This document shows, one piece after another, positions 1-10,612 of a DNA stretch of 64,000 bases (positions are counted from its first letter, which is position 1; every line of letters begins with the position of its first letter). Both the position numbers and the translations under genes were made by a program. Below the pieces are notes generated by a model that was not told where the DNA came from, ran no database searches, and saw nothing but the letters and a program-made list of their open reading frames with translations. The stretch comes from Thermoproteota archaeon (GTDB lineage Archaea; Thermoproteota; Methanomethylicia; Methanomethylicales; Methanomethylicaceae). The DNA is taken from contig JARXPF010000001.1 in the NCBI GenBank assembly GCA_029887765.1, forward strand, positions 64,488 to 128,487. Direction: 5' to 3'.

Positions 1-7
1 TACCCCC

Positions 8-1468
8 CTATCTAATACCAAGCTTACCTGGATTCATAATATTATTTGGATCGAGCATATCTTTTATTTTTGTCATAAGGTATACATAACCTGGATCTGC
101 AGCCGCATTAAGTTCATTCATATACTCAACTGGCGGTTTGTATGGAAGCATTCCATATGGAATTCCTACTCTTACACATTCAACCATAGCTTCTCTAGCA
201 GCTTTTACTGATTCTGGATCTCTTTTATCAAATGGAGTCATTAATCTAAGCATACCATAGTGAGCGCCTTGAAAATCAGTAAATCTAACAGCTGGAGATA
301 AGTTATGTCTTATGTAAATTTCCTTCCATTTTTCATATAATATTGGCCAATTCTTACATGGTGTAAATGTACCTGGCCAAGCAAGACCTCCACCACATGA
401 TTTAGAATAGTTCTTTGTTGATCCTACAATTCTACTTGGTAATTCTGTTCTTCCTCTCTTAGCTTCTGGTGGATATTCAAAGTCAATGAGTTTTGTACCC
501 CTAGCTCTTTCTTCTTCAACTACTTTCTTCCACATTTTTCTCTTATATTCTAATTCTTCTTCACTCCAACCACTTATTACAGTATAGCTAAACCATTCAG
601 GAGCATCTTTTGGCTTTTCTTGATATGGGAATGGAATTGGAATTTGTGCCAACCACCAACTTACAGCAGTAACTTCATCACATAATGAATAGTGACGCCA
701 ATGGACCATGTATCTTGTCATATCATGAGCAGTTTCAGCAGCAATTGTTAATACATCTCTATATGGCCTAATTGGAAATATCCAAATTCCAAGTTTTGTA
801 ACTATACCAGTAGTACCCATCCATCCTACAAATAATCCATCCATTCTTGGTAATGGTAAGAAGGAATGCCAAGAATCTGAAAATGCACAAGATCCTAACT
901 TAACAACTTCAGCAGTAGGCAAGACTACTTCCATACTTGATATTAATTGACTATTTATTCCTAATCTACCATTTAAATGTCCAATTCCATGATTTATGGC
1001 CATTGCTAAAACAGATGCTGATGCTGGATGTACACCCCAACCAAATTCAAAACCTTTTGAAAATTCATAACCTTCCCATTGTGGATTTGTTGCTTTTAAA
1101 GCTGCAGAAAGTTGAGCATGACTTACTCCTGGTTCTATTACAGCATAACAAGTTTCTGGATCAATCTTTATTATTCTATCCATTCTTTTTAAGTCTATAA
1201 CTATGCCACCTTCTTCTGGTATACATAATCCTCCAATATTTGTTGCATTAACATATGGTATAACTGGTATCTTCAAATGATTTGCAAGACGTAATATACG
1301 CTGAATTTCTGTCACAGTTTTTGGCATTACGACATAGTCAGGCATTCTTGGATCTGCCCATGTTAAATCCCAAGAATATGGTAGTAGAACTGCTTCTTCA
1401 TTACTTACATAATCTGGACCTACAATTTGTTCAAGTTTTGCAAGAACTTCCTTATTTCCTCTTGCCAA
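8..1468 (-). CDS. FAD-binding oxidoreductase, GlcD/D-lactate dehydrogenase (FAD-linked oxidase) family
   Basis: N-terminal PDYVVMPKT...IVIDLKRMDRII...IEPGV FAD-binding (PCMH) segment, MEVVLPTAEVV, GTTGIVTK, and C-terminal KDMLDPNNIMNPGK. Confidence 0.85.
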   Translation of the reverse strand: MARGNKEVLAKLEQIVGPDYVSNEEAVLLPYSWDLTWADPRMPDYVVMPKTVTEIQRILRLANHLKIPVIPYVNATNIGGLCIPEEGGIVIDLKRMDRIIKIDPETCYAVIEPGVSHAQLSAALKATNPQWEGYEFSKGFEFGWGVHPASASVLAMAINHGIGHLNGRLGINSQLISSMEVVLPTAEVVKLGSCAFSDSWHSFLPLPRMDGLFVGWMGTTGIVTKLGIWIFPIRPYRDVLTIAAETAHDMTRYMVHWRHYSLCDEVTAVSWWLAQIPIPFPYQEKPKDAPEWFSYTVISGWSEEELEYKRKMWKKVVEEERARGTKLIDFEYPPEAKRGRTELPSRIVGSTKNYSKSCGGGLAWPGTFTPCKNWPILYEKWKEIYIRHNLSPAVRFTDFQGAHYGMLRLMTPFDKRDPESVKAAREAMVECVRVGIPYGMLPYKPPVEYMNELNAAADPGYVYLMTKIKDMLDPNNIMNPGKLGIR

Positions 1469-1516
1469 TTTCTCAACTCCTAATCATTTTTTAAGAAAAA
1501 TAAAAATGAATACTTA

Positions 1517-1608
1517 AATATAAATTTCGGTGATGAAAGTCTAATATAATTAGACATATGTAATATAAATTTCGGTGATGAAAGTCTAATATAATTAGAC
1601 ATATGTAA
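1517..1608. repeat. Perfect 45-bp tandem duplication (2 copies), each copy containing the palindrome GTCTAAT-ATA-ATTAGAC
   Basis: aatataaatttcggtgatgaaagtctaatataattagacatatgt at 1517-1561 and 1562-1606, in a divergent intergenic region. Confidence 0.95.
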
Positions 1609-1663
1609 AGCAATATGTTTAAAAACTAATATTCTTAATCTACTCTAAAAAAGGGGGAAGCAA

Positions 1664-3067
1664 TTGTTAAAAGTCATAGATACTACTATAAGAGATGGAC
1701 AACAATCTCTCTTTGCAACAAGAATAAAAATAGAAGATATACTTCCAATATTAAGTAAAATGGATGAAGTAGGTTTCTATGGTTTAGAAGCTTGGGGAGG
1801 GGCCACATTTGATGTTGCAATAAGATATTTAAATGAAGATCCTTGGGAAAGATTAAGAAAAATTAAAAGAGCTTTAAAGAAAACAAAAGTAGTAATGTTA
1901 TTAAGAGGAAAGAATTTAGTTGGTTATAAACATTATCCTGATGAAGTTGTGGAGGTTTTTGTTAAAAAAGCATATGAAAATGGAGTGGATGTTTTTAGAA
2001 TTTTTGATGCACTTAATGATATAAATAATTTAAAGAAAGCTATAAAAACAGCAAAAGAAGTAGGAGCTGAAGTTCATGGAGATGTAGTATATACTCGTAG
2101 TCCAATTCATTCAGTCAATTATTTTATTGATGTAGCAAAACAATTAGCAGAATTAGAAGTAGATGCTATAAGAATAAAGGATATGGCTGGACTACTATCT
2201 CCAAGAGACGCCTTTGATTTAGTAAGAGGAATAAAAAAAGAAACAGGTCTTCCTGTTGGACTTCATTCTCATTATTCATGTGGATTAGCAGCACTATCTT
2301 ATATGAAAGGAATAGAGGCAGGGGCTGATTTTATTGATACTGCATTACATCCTTTTGCATTTGGCACTTCTCAACCATCAATAGAAGTTTTATATGATGC
2401 TTTAAAAGATACTGGATTATTGTCACATTTAAAAATAGAATTAGTATATGAATGTGCAGAATACTTTGAAAAATTAAGAGATAGATACAAAGGCTATTCT
2501 TCAGAATATACAGATAGAATAGATCCAAAAGCTTTGAGACATCAAATACCTGGTGGAATGATGTCTAATTTAATTGCTCAATTAAAAGAATATAATGCAT
2601 TATTTAAATTAAATGAAGTTTTAAATGAAGTCCCTATTGTTAGAAAAGATCTTGGATATCCTCCATTAGTAACTCCAATGAGTCAAATTGTTGGAACACA
2701 AGCAGTTATAAATGTTATTACTGGAAAGAGATATAGTGTATTAATAAAAGAAGTAGAAGATTATATAAGAGGATTTTATGGAAGACCACCTGGTGAAATT
2801 AATAAGGAATTGTTAGAAAAAGTAAAACCTACAAATCCTCCTAAAGAATTAACATTTAAAGATATACCTGAAGATGTTAAGGCTTTATTTAAAAAAGAAG
2901 AGGATGCCCTTACTTATCTTCTATTTCCACAAATAGCAGTACAATTTTTAAAAGGTGAAATAAAAAACATTCTTCCAGAAAAGAAGGAAGAAAAGAAGAA
3001 AGAAATTAAATGGTTTAGGATTAAAATTGGTGATGAAGAAATTGAAGTGAAAATTGAAGGACAATGA
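1664..3067 (+). CDS. pycB: Pyruvate carboxylase subunit B / oxaloacetate decarboxylase alpha-type carboxyltransferase, without biotin-carrier domain
   Basis: DTTIRDGQQSL, EAWGGATFD, IKDMAG, HSH, HQIPGGM, GYPPLVTPMSQIVG motifs; no EAMKM biotinylation motif. Confidence 0.8.
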   Translation: MLKVIDTTIRDGQQSLFATRIKIEDILPILSKMDEVGFYGLEAWGGATFDVAIRYLNEDPWERLRKIKRALKKTKVVMLLRGKNLVGYKHYPDEVVEVFVKKAYENGVDVFRIFDALNDINNLKKAIKTAKEVGAEVHGDVVYTRSPIHSVNYFIDVAKQLAELEVDAIRIKDMAGLLSPRDAFDLVRGIKKETGLPVGLHSHYSCGLAALSYMKGIEAGADFIDTALHPFAFGTSQPSIEVLYDALKDTGLLSHLKIELVYECAEYFEKLRDRYKGYSSEYTDRIDPKALRHQIPGGMMSNLIAQLKEYNALFKLNEVLNEVPIVRKDLGYPPLVTPMSQIVGTQAVINVITGKRYSVLIKEVEDYIRGFYGRPPGEINKELLEKVKPTNPPKELTFKDIPEDVKALFKKEEDALTYLLFPQIAVQFLKGEIKNILPEKKEEKKKEIKWFRIKIGDEEIEVKIEGQ

Positions 3068-3108
3068 ATTTAAATAATATTAAAATAAATTCTTAAAGGG
3101 GATTAATT

Positions 3109-4149
3109 ATGGAATTATTGAAAAAAATAAGTGAGGCCCCAGGAATCTCAGGATTTGAATATGGAATTGCTGAAATTTTAAAAAAAGAGTTAAAGGATTA
3201 TGTAGATAAAATAGAAGAAGACAAATTTGGAAATTTATATGCTTATAAAGGAGAAGGATTAAAAACCATAATGATTACAGCACATATGGATGAAATTGGA
3301 CTTATAGTAAAACACATAGATAATAAAGGATTCATAAGATTTGCAAAAGTTGGAGGAGTGCCGGATCATGTATTATTAGGTCAAAGAGTACAAATACATG
3401 GTAAATATAAAAGAGTATATGGAGTAATAGGATGTAAAGCAATACATGTAATGAAGGAGGAAGAAAGAAAACAATTAGTAACATATGATAAGATGTTTAT
3501 AGATACTGGAGCAACAAAAGAACAATTAGAAAAATATGGAATTAAAATAGGCACTCCAATAACTATAGAAAGGAATCTTATTGAAATAGAAAATGGTCTT
3601 ATAGTTGGTAGAGCTATGGATGATAGAGCAGGATGTTATATTTTAATTGAAGCTTTGAAAAAAGCAAAACCAGTTAATAAAATAGTAGCAGTATTTACTG
3701 TTCAAGAAGAAGTTGGTCTAAGAGGAGCCACTGTAAGTTCCTTTGCAGTAAAGCCAGATATAGGAATTGCCATAGATACAACCATTGCAGGAGATCATCC
3801 AGAAATAGGAGAAAGTGAAGCTCCAGTAAAATTAAGTCAAGGACCTGTGATAGTAGTTGCTGATGGTAGAAGAGAATCCTTAGGAGGGGGGTTATTGGCA
3901 AATCCATTAGTAATGAATTGGATTTTAGAAATTGCAGAAAAATCAAAAATAAAATATCAATTAGAAGTATTAGAAGGAGGTACAACTGATGCTGCTGCTA
4001 TTCAATTATCAAGAGAGGGCGTGCCATCTGGTTGTATTTCAATACCAGCAAGATATGTGCATACTTTTAGTGAAGTAATATCAAAAGAAGATCTTGAAAA
4101 TGCAATTAAACTATTAGTAAATATAATGGAAAGTAGTACACCACTTTAG
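3109..4149 (+). CDS. M42 family (TET-type) aminopeptidase
   Basis: AHMDEIG, AMDDRAG, QEEVGLRGA, GGTTDA, RYVHT metal-ligand motifs. Confidence 0.92.
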   Translation: MELLKKISEAPGISGFEYGIAEILKKELKDYVDKIEEDKFGNLYAYKGEGLKTIMITAHMDEIGLIVKHIDNKGFIRFAKVGGVPDHVLLGQRVQIHGKYKRVYGVIGCKAIHVMKEEERKQLVTYDKMFIDTGATKEQLEKYGIKIGTPITIERNLIEIENGLIVGRAMDDRAGCYILIEALKKAKPVNKIVAVFTVQEEVGLRGATVSSFAVKPDIGIAIDTTIAGDHPEIGESEAPVKLSQGPVIVVADGRRESLGGGLLANPLVMNWILEIAEKSKIKYQLEVLEGGTTDAAAIQLSREGVPSGCISIPARYVHTFSEVISKEDLENAIKLLVNIMESSTPL

Positions 4150-4159
4150 TGTGAAATAA

Positions 4160-4858
4160 ATGACTTTGCGTTATTATTTACAAAAAATTATTGAAAGTCA
4201 TGAAATAGGTTTAATAAGTGATGATATTTTCAAAGAATTTTTCAATATACTACCTAAGGTAGATAATATTATAAATGAAATTGAAAAAATTTTTGATTTA
4301 AAATTTCCGCCAATTATTATTGATCCAAATTTAATAATAATAAAATATCCTTCAAGTTTTACTAAAACAGTTGTTTATGCATTAACAAAAATACAAAAAT
4401 TAAATAGTGAATATAGACTTTGTATTGAAATTAGTCTTCCTTTCATATTATTTGCAAAGGAAGATTTGCTCAAAGCTTGCTTAATACATGAATTTTTACA
4501 TTATATATATGCAACTATAATAATTGGAAAGAAAGATATTGAAAAATTATCAAGTCAAAAACCCATATCACCAGAAGTGTTAATAGGTTTTGATGATGTA
4601 TATATGGTCAAACCTGAAGATTGGATAAAAAATAGTGAAATTATAAATTTACTTAAGAAATATTTTAATCCCATTATAAAAGATAGTGATTTAGAAGAAA
4701 AAATTAATGAAAATTGGATTAAGAAATCGCTTCCAATAAAAGAGATTAAATCTGAAAATCTTCAAATTAGAATACCAATTCTTGAAGTTGATAAAATATT
4801 ATTAGATAATAAAATATTAGAACGTGTAAAGAATATTGACAAATATTTTATTAAATAG
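4160..4858 (+). CDS. Hypothetical protein with HExxH (putative zinc metallopeptidase)
   Basis: 232-aa ORF in operon context; ACLIHEFLHY motif. Confidence 0.55.
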   Translation: MTLRYYLQKIIESHEIGLISDDIFKEFFNILPKVDNIINEIEKIFDLKFPPIIIDPNLIIIKYPSSFTKTVVYALTKIQKLNSEYRLCIEISLPFILFAKEDLLKACLIHEFLHYIYATIIIGKKDIEKLSSQKPISPEVLIGFDDVYMVKPEDWIKNSEIINLLKKYFNPIIKDSDLEEKINENWIKKSLPIKEIKSENLQIRIPILEVDKILLDNKILERVKNIDKYFIK

Positions 4859-4869
4859 AATTAGAATAA

Positions 4870-6129
4870 TTGACTATTATGGACTATGTTATAAAAGACA
4901 TAGGATTAGCTGAAAAAGGAAAGAACTTAATAAAGTGGGCAGAAGATCATATGCCAGTAGTAATGGAAATAAGGAAAAGATTTTTAGAAGAAAAACCTCT
5001 TGAAGGTATAAGAATAGGAGCTTGTTTACATGTAACAAAAGAGACTGCAGTTTTAATTAAAACACTTAAATTAGGAGGGGCAGATATTGCACTTACTGCT
5101 TCAAATCCATTATCTACACAAGATGAAGTAGCAGCAGCACTTGTATTAGAAGGAATAAGTGTATATGCAATAAGAGGAGAGAGTAGAGAAGAATATTATG
5201 AATTTATAGATAAAGTATTAAAAACAGAGCCTATGATAACAATAGATGATGGTGCAGATTTAGTAACATCACTTCATCAAGGAAAAGGAAATTTAAAAAA
5301 AGTAATTGGTGGAACTGAAGAAACCACTACTGGTGTTCTAAGACTTAAAGCTTTAGCTGAAAAAGGATTATTAAAATATCCAATAATTGCAGTAAATAAT
5401 GCTGAAACTAAGTGGGATTTTGATAATGTTTATGGAACAGGTCAAAGTACTATAGATGGAATTTTAAGAGCAACTAATGTATTAATATCTGGAAAAAAAT
5501 TTGTAGTAGCTGGTTATGGACATTGTGGTAGAGGAATAGCAATAAGAGCAAGAGGTATGGGTGCTCGAGTTATAGTCACTGAAGTAGATCCATTTAGAGC
5601 TTTAAAAGCAATTATGGATGGATTTGAAGTTATGCAAATGGAAGAAGCTGCAAAATGTGGTGATATTTTTGTAACTGCAACTGGAAATAAAAATGTTATT
5701 AGAAAAGAACATTTTGAACTTATGAAAGATGGTGCTATACTTGCAAATGCTGGACACTTTAATGTTGAAATAGATGTAAAAAGTTTAGAAGAAATAAAAA
5801 TTTCTAAAAGAAAAATAAGAGAAAATGTAGAAGAATATATTCTAAGAGATGGAAAGAAAATATACCTAATAGCTGAAGGAAGGCTTGTAAATCTTGTAGC
5901 TGCAGAAGGACATCCAAGTGAAGTAATGGATATGAGTTTTGCTAATCAAGCTCTTTGTATTGAATTTTTAAAGAAAAATGCTGAAAAATTAATGCCAAAA
6001 GTTTATGATGTTCCAAGAGAAATTGATGAAATTGTAGCGAAATTAAAATTAAAGACTATGGGGATTAAAATTGATGTAATGACTGAAGAACAAATAAATT
6101 ATATAAAGAGTTGGTGGGAAGGCACTTGA
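4870..6129 (+). CDS. ahcY: Adenosylhomocysteinase
   Basis: [49 protein letters not shown]. Confidence 0.97.
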   Translation: MTIMDYVIKDIGLAEKGKNLIKWAEDHMPVVMEIRKRFLEEKPLEGIRIGACLHVTKETAVLIKTLKLGGADIALTASNPLSTQDEVAAALVLEGISVYAIRGESREEYYEFIDKVLKTEPMITIDDGADLVTSLHQGKGNLKKVIGGTEETTTGVLRLKALAEKGLLKYPIIAVNNAETKWDFDNVYGTGQSTIDGILRATNVLISGKKFVVAGYGHCGRGIAIRARGMGARVIVTEVDPFRALKAIMDGFEVMQMEEAAKCGDIFVTATGNKNVIRKEHFELMKDGAILANAGHFNVEIDVKSLEEIKISKRKIRENVEEYILRDGKKIYLIAEGRLVNLVAAEGHPSEVMDMSFANQALCIEFLKKNAEKLMPKVYDVPREIDEIVAKLKLKTMGIKIDVMTEEQINYIKSWWEGT

Positions 6130-6869
6130 TGGAGAAATTAAATTTCATATATAATTATTTGAAAGTTAAATCAAAAGTTTTAGGAATTAAATTATTTGAT
6201 TCTGAAATAAAAACTAAAATCCAAAGAAGACCAAGGAAAAGATTAACTATATGTCAAATTATAAATGCTTCAAGATTATATGGATGGGCTTGGACTGTTT
6301 TATCAGAAGATGTGGAATGTGTACTAGGAGCTATAGCACTAGGATTAGAAAATACAAACTTTGTCGATAATAAAGAAATCTTTATGAGATTAGGATATGT
6401 AAATGATGATGAAAGTGCTAAAAGATTTGCAAGTTCAATTCCAAAAATTAATAAATTAAATAAAGGATTTATAATAGGACCTTTAGATACTTTTGATATT
6501 GAACCAGATCTTTTCATAATTTATGGAAATAGTGCACAAATGATGAGACTTATACAAGGAGTAGTATATGCAATGGAAGGTGAAAGATTGGTTTTTAGTA
6601 CATCAGGAGATTGTGGAATCTGTGGTGATGGTATTGCTAATGGTTATAATACTCAAAAACCTCAAATTGTAATACCATGTTATGGAGAGAGAAGGTTTGG
6701 ACATTCTCAAGATGATGAATTAGCAATGGTAATACCATTTAGATATTTGGAAAAAATTATAGAAGGTTTAGAAAAAACTCATAATGTTGGTATTCGCTAT
6801 CCAATTCCTATAGCAGCTGCTATTTCAGAATTAGAAATCCCTGAAATCCTTAAGATAAGACGGCCCTAA
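6129..6869 (+). CDS. DUF169 family protein
   Basis: LTICQ, CVLGAIALG, PDLFIIYGNSAQMMRL, CGICGD, PCYGERRFG pattern; ATG overlaps the ahcY stop. Confidence 0.8.
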   Translation: MEKLNFIYNYLKVKSKVLGIKLFDSEIKTKIQRRPRKRLTICQIINASRLYGWAWTVLSEDVECVLGAIALGLENTNFVDNKEIFMRLGYVNDDESAKRFASSIPKINKLNKGFIIGPLDTFDIEPDLFIIYGNSAQMMRLIQGVVYAMEGERLVFSTSGDCGICGDGIANGYNTQKPQIVIPCYGERRFGHSQDDELAMVIPFRYLEKIIEGLEKTHNVGIRYPIPIAAAISELEIPEILKIRRP

Positions 6870-7839
6870 CCATAGCTTTTATATTTCTTGTTGGAGTACG
6901 AGGAGCAATTCCACAACTAGGTGCTACAATATCTACTCCTAAGGACATAGCTTGTTTAGTAGCATTAAAGACTTCTTCTTCAGTTCCATTAAGCAATACT
7001 CCAGCAGAAGGTATATTACCAATTATTGCAACTTTCTTTTCTTTAAGAATTGATTTAGCAGTAGGTAAATCAACTTTTTCCTCAATACTTAATCCAGAGA
7101 AACCACAATCAGCCATATGATGAATAATAGGAGTGGCATTTCCACAAATATGAAGAACTGATCGTTTTGAAATTTTTGCTATGGATTTTAATGGTTCTTT
7201 TGAAAATTTTTCAAACATTTTTGGACTTATTACTGATGGGGATGCTGTTGGATCCGCAGGAGCAATAATATCAGCACCTTCTTTTATTAATTCCTTAGCA
7301 TATATAACACAAGCTTCTTCTGCTTTTTCTAAATAAGTTTTAACTTCATCAGGCTTTCTTATCATCATGAGACACAAACGTTCTACACCTAACATATGAC
7401 CAGCTAATGTTGTTGGACCTTCAAAACCAACAATTAATGGAACGTTTAATTTCATTTCTTTTATTCTATGGATTGCATCTAAAATTACTTGAATTCTATA
7501 ACTATCTAGAAGTTTTTCTGTATTTGGTATTTTTCCTTGATCATATAATGTTTTTGCTACAGATGGTTGTCTATCTTCCCTTCCTTTTTCTATAATACAA
7601 CCCATTGATTCTGCTAAAACTGTAAGACAAAAAGGAATTCTAACACCTTCTAATCCTGCAATAGTATGAGCAGCTATGGCTAATTTTGCCATTAATTCTC
7701 CATTAAAATGAGCTTCTGGCCAATATGCTCCTGAGGCAGTCATAAGTTCAACAGTACCAGTTTGTGTCATTGAAAGTACAGAAGGTCGATCTACAACTTC
7801 TCCATCTAATATTTTAAAAGTTCTTTCTTTTGGACTCAT
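6850..7839 (-). CDS. MtaA/CmuA family methylcobamide:CoM methyltransferase (UroD superfamily)
   Basis: TQTGTVELM...WPEAH, IPFCLTVLAESMG, ADPTAS, Zn ligands LHICG and APSCG. Confidence 0.9.
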   Translation of the reverse strand: MSPKERTFKILDGEVVDRPSVLSMTQTGTVELMTASGAYWPEAHFNGELMAKLAIAAHTIAGLEGVRIPFCLTVLAESMGCIIEKGREDRQPSVAKTLYDQGKIPNTEKLLDSYRIQVILDAIHRIKEMKLNVPLIVGFEGPTTLAGHMLGVERLCLMMIRKPDEVKTYLEKAEEACVIYAKELIKEGADIIAPADPTASPSVISPKMFEKFSKEPLKSIAKISKRSVLHICGNATPIIHHMADCGFSGLSIEEKVDLPTAKSILKEKKVAIIGNIPSAGVLLNGTEEEVFNATKQAMSLGVDIVAPSCGIAPRTPTRNIKAMVRAVLS

Positions 7840-7875
7840 AATTATATTTAAAATAAAAAAATTATAAAAAAGTTT

Positions 7876-9561
7876 TTAGAATTGTTCAAATTTAAGAAAG
7901 GCTTCTCTTTCTTCAGGTGTATAGCCTTTTCTCCATCTTTTTCTTGCCCATTCGAATACATATATCAATGTTATAATTGCAGCCATTAAAGATACAGTGC
8001 CAGGAACTACTGCACCTGCACTATAATTCCACCATGCTCCATAAATTGAAGCTGGAAGAGATATACCAAATAATGTTACAAATGTTGCAATTCTCCAAAA
8101 TATTGGGTTTTTACCATGTAACCTCGCCCATTCTCCAACAATTATGAATGAAAATACTGCCAATGATGTTGAAAGAATTGGGAATAATGCCCAAATTTGT
8201 AGATAAGCACCGCTAAGTGCTAATCCTATTACAACAAAGGCAGTTATTATAGCAGCAATCCATCTAGATGCTGTAACATATTTTGTTATTCTCTTCTTTG
8301 TTAATAATTGAACAAATTCTAATCCTAATACTCTCATATTTCTAAAACCTGAATAGAATGTACTCATAATGAATACAAGTACAATCCACATACCAAATAG
8401 CATAAGTAATTCCCTATCTAATGGTAATATTGCTCCTACAATTTTTGCAAAACCAAGTCCATAAGCTGCAGTCCAACCTGCTTTTAATGCTGGAATATAT
8501 TCAGTAACAGGAATTACTAACATAGCTAAAAATGCAGTCCATAAGCCTACACTTTCTAAAACTTCTCCTCCATAACCAATTATTCTAACCCATCTTTCTT
8601 CTGGAAAACGTTTACAAGTATATGCACCAATCCAAAATACATGCATGCCAGTAAGAGCTCCACATGAAACCATCATAGTAATTCCAGGATAGAACCAACC
8701 ACTAGGGGTCAATGCTTTATCATAAAATATTAAAGCAGGATAATCAGTTATTGGCATATTGGCAACTAATGCACCAATGAACATTAAAACAACTCCTGTT
8801 GCCATATATAGGAACATCATGAAGTTGGCAGGTTCTGAATATAACCAATTGGGTAAGCATGCAGCCAATATACCAATTATTGCAAGAATTAAATACCATG
8901 CTTCTGCTGGTAGTTTAACAGGATACATCATTCCTACATATAGAGCAATTAAAAATATTATGTACTGTATAATTCCAACTAACCATACAGGCCATCCTTT
9001 TCTATAAAGTAAATATCCTGATGGAGGACCTATTATTGCTAAAAGAATTATAGGTATGAATAAACTTGGTCTTGCAGTAGTTCCAGCAATTACTAATCTT
9101 ACAAAAGCAGCACAAAAGCTTACTATTGCTATATAACCAATAAAAGTAAATAGAAGCCCAGAAAGTGGAGTAATCCATCTATAAGAAACTTCACTCGCTG
9201 TTTGACCACGTTGTCTCATCATAACAAATCCAGTTGCATAATCATGCACAGATCCTAAGAAAATGTTAACTGGTAATACATATAATATACCAGAGGCCCA
9301 TCCCCATTGTGCTATAGCCACACCTCCAGCTAAAGGAGCCCCTCCTGCAGTTGCAGCCCAATGATCGCCGAATAGAGAATAGGGATTAGCAGGATAAAAG
9401 TCAAAGTCATCTCTAAAAGCTACTGCAGGTGTTTTTCTAGAAGGATCAGGTGTAAAATAAACCTTTTCCAATCTCTTTGATACTACGAATACACCAAATA
9501 GCCAGAAAGCCAATCCTATAATAACCAATAAGCCAGTAGTCATTTGCATATACAAGTCCAC
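7876..9561 (-). CDS. Carbon starvation CstA family transporter (peptide/pyruvate-type)
   Basis: TPAVAFRDDFDFYP, LFGDHWAATAGGAPLAG, GSVHDY, SCGALTGMH, IGYGGEVLES; many transmembrane segments. Confidence 0.85.
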   Translation of the reverse strand: MDLYMQMTTGLLVIIGLAFWLFGVFVVSKRLEKVYFTPDPSRKTPAVAFRDDFDFYPANPYSLFGDHWAATAGGAPLAGGVAIAQWGWASGILYVLPVNIFLGSVHDYATGFVMMRQRGQTASEVSYRWITPLSGLLFTFIGYIAIVSFCAAFVRLVIAGTTARPSLFIPIILLAIIGPPSGYLLYRKGWPVWLVGIIQYIIFLIALYVGMMYPVKLPAEAWYLILAIIGILAACLPNWLYSEPANFMMFLYMATGVVLMFIGALVANMPITDYPALIFYDKALTPSGWFYPGITMMVSCGALTGMHVFWIGAYTCKRFPEERWVRIIGYGGEVLESVGLWTAFLAMLVIPVTEYIPALKAGWTAAYGLGFAKIVGAILPLDRELLMLFGMWIVLVFIMSTFYSGFRNMRVLGLEFVQLLTKKRITKYVTASRWIAAIITAFVVIGLALSGAYLQIWALFPILSTSLAVFSFIIVGEWARLHGKNPIFWRIATFVTLFGISLPASIYGAWWNYSAGAVVPGTVSLMAAIITLIYVFEWARKRWRKGYTPEEREAFLKFEQF

Positions 9562-9724
9562 CCATAGATTATTAATAGTTAATCAAATATTTAATAATTT
9601 CCAAAAAATTTAAAAATTAATTATTAATATAACATACTTATATTAGTAGTTTTTGAAAATTTTGGAAAAAAAATTAAATATATTTAATTTTTTACAATAT
9701 TAAAAAAAGAATTATAATATAACA

Positions 9725-10612
9725 TTATATTAATTCAAAACCCCTCAATTTTCCACTATATACCTTATACTCTATAATTAATTGTTGAAGTAGAGTTTGA
9801 AAACTATAAGAAATAGAGGATTTTCTATTTCCTTCCCAACATTCTACAATTGGTCTTTTTCTTTTACCAATTTCAATTATTGCTTTTATCATAGGAAATG
9901 TTTCATCATTTTTTAAACTATAATCAGGATTTATTCCAAGTGATGTTAATAAATGGAAAGTTTCTCTGCCAAAATCCCCAAGATATCTACATGCAATTTC
10001 AATTGAATTTTCTTTACTTGAAATATTTAATATTATGAGATCAATTCTCTCTTTTAACCTATCTTTAATATATTCTTTTAATGGTAATAATTCATTATCA
10101 TATAATAAAATTGGAACTTCTTTTTCAAAAATTGGTCTAAAAGAAATTCTATTCAATAAACTTAATTGCATAGCTCTCATAGCAGAATAAAGTGAAGAAA
10201 ACAATCCTAATCCATTTGATAATAAAAATGTATAAAAAATTTTTACATTTTCTATCTGACTTATTGGGAATATAATTGCAATCAAAGTTCCAATAAAGAA
10301 TCCAATAATTGAAAGTGACCAAATTCTAAGTATTGTTAATCTAAAAATATCAGATGGAGATGTGCCTATATTTATTAATACCATAATTTCATCCTTTGTA
10401 TCATATTCAAAAGCGAAAGATGTAATTAATGTAATGAATAAAGTCAAAATAAATACAATTATGAGATTTATTGTAAGTGCTTCATAAAATATGAAAATAT
10501 AAGTAAGTATTGCAATACTTAAAACTAAACATATTGTCAATGGAAGACGTTGAATTGTTTTCTTTAGAACAATATTTAAAATTATTTCAGTTTTAGGATC
10601 GATTATATTCAT
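9725..10612 (-). CDS. Membrane protein with FtsX/ABC3-permease-like segment
   Basis: About 4 TM helices; DEIMVLINIGTSPSDIFRL resembles the FtsX C-terminal REIGIL..LGA..DI motif. Confidence 0.5.
   Translation of the reverse strand: MNIIDPKTEIILNIVLKKTIQRLPLTICLVLSIAILTYIFIFYEALTINLIIVFILTLFITLITSFAFEYDTKDEIMVLINIGTSPSDIFRLTILRIWSLSIIGFFIGTLIAIIFPISQIENVKIFYTFLLSNGLGLFSSLYSAMRAMQLSLLNRISFRPIFEKEVPILLYDNELLPLKEYIKDRLKERIDLIILNISSKENSIEIACRYLGDFGRETFHLLTSLGINPDYSLKNDETFPMIKAIIEIGKRKRPIVECWEGNRKSSISYSFQTLLQQLIIEYKVYSGKLRGFELI

Noticed and set aside
1517-1608. CRISPR array or C/D-box sRNA (contains GTGATGA)
   Set aside because: The two copies abut with no spacer and no cas genes are nearby; no CTGA D box is present
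9598-9668. Inverted repeat tttccaaaa...ttttggaaa upstream of the cstA-like gene
   Set aside because: 9-bp low-complexity arms in a very AT-rich spacer are likely by chance
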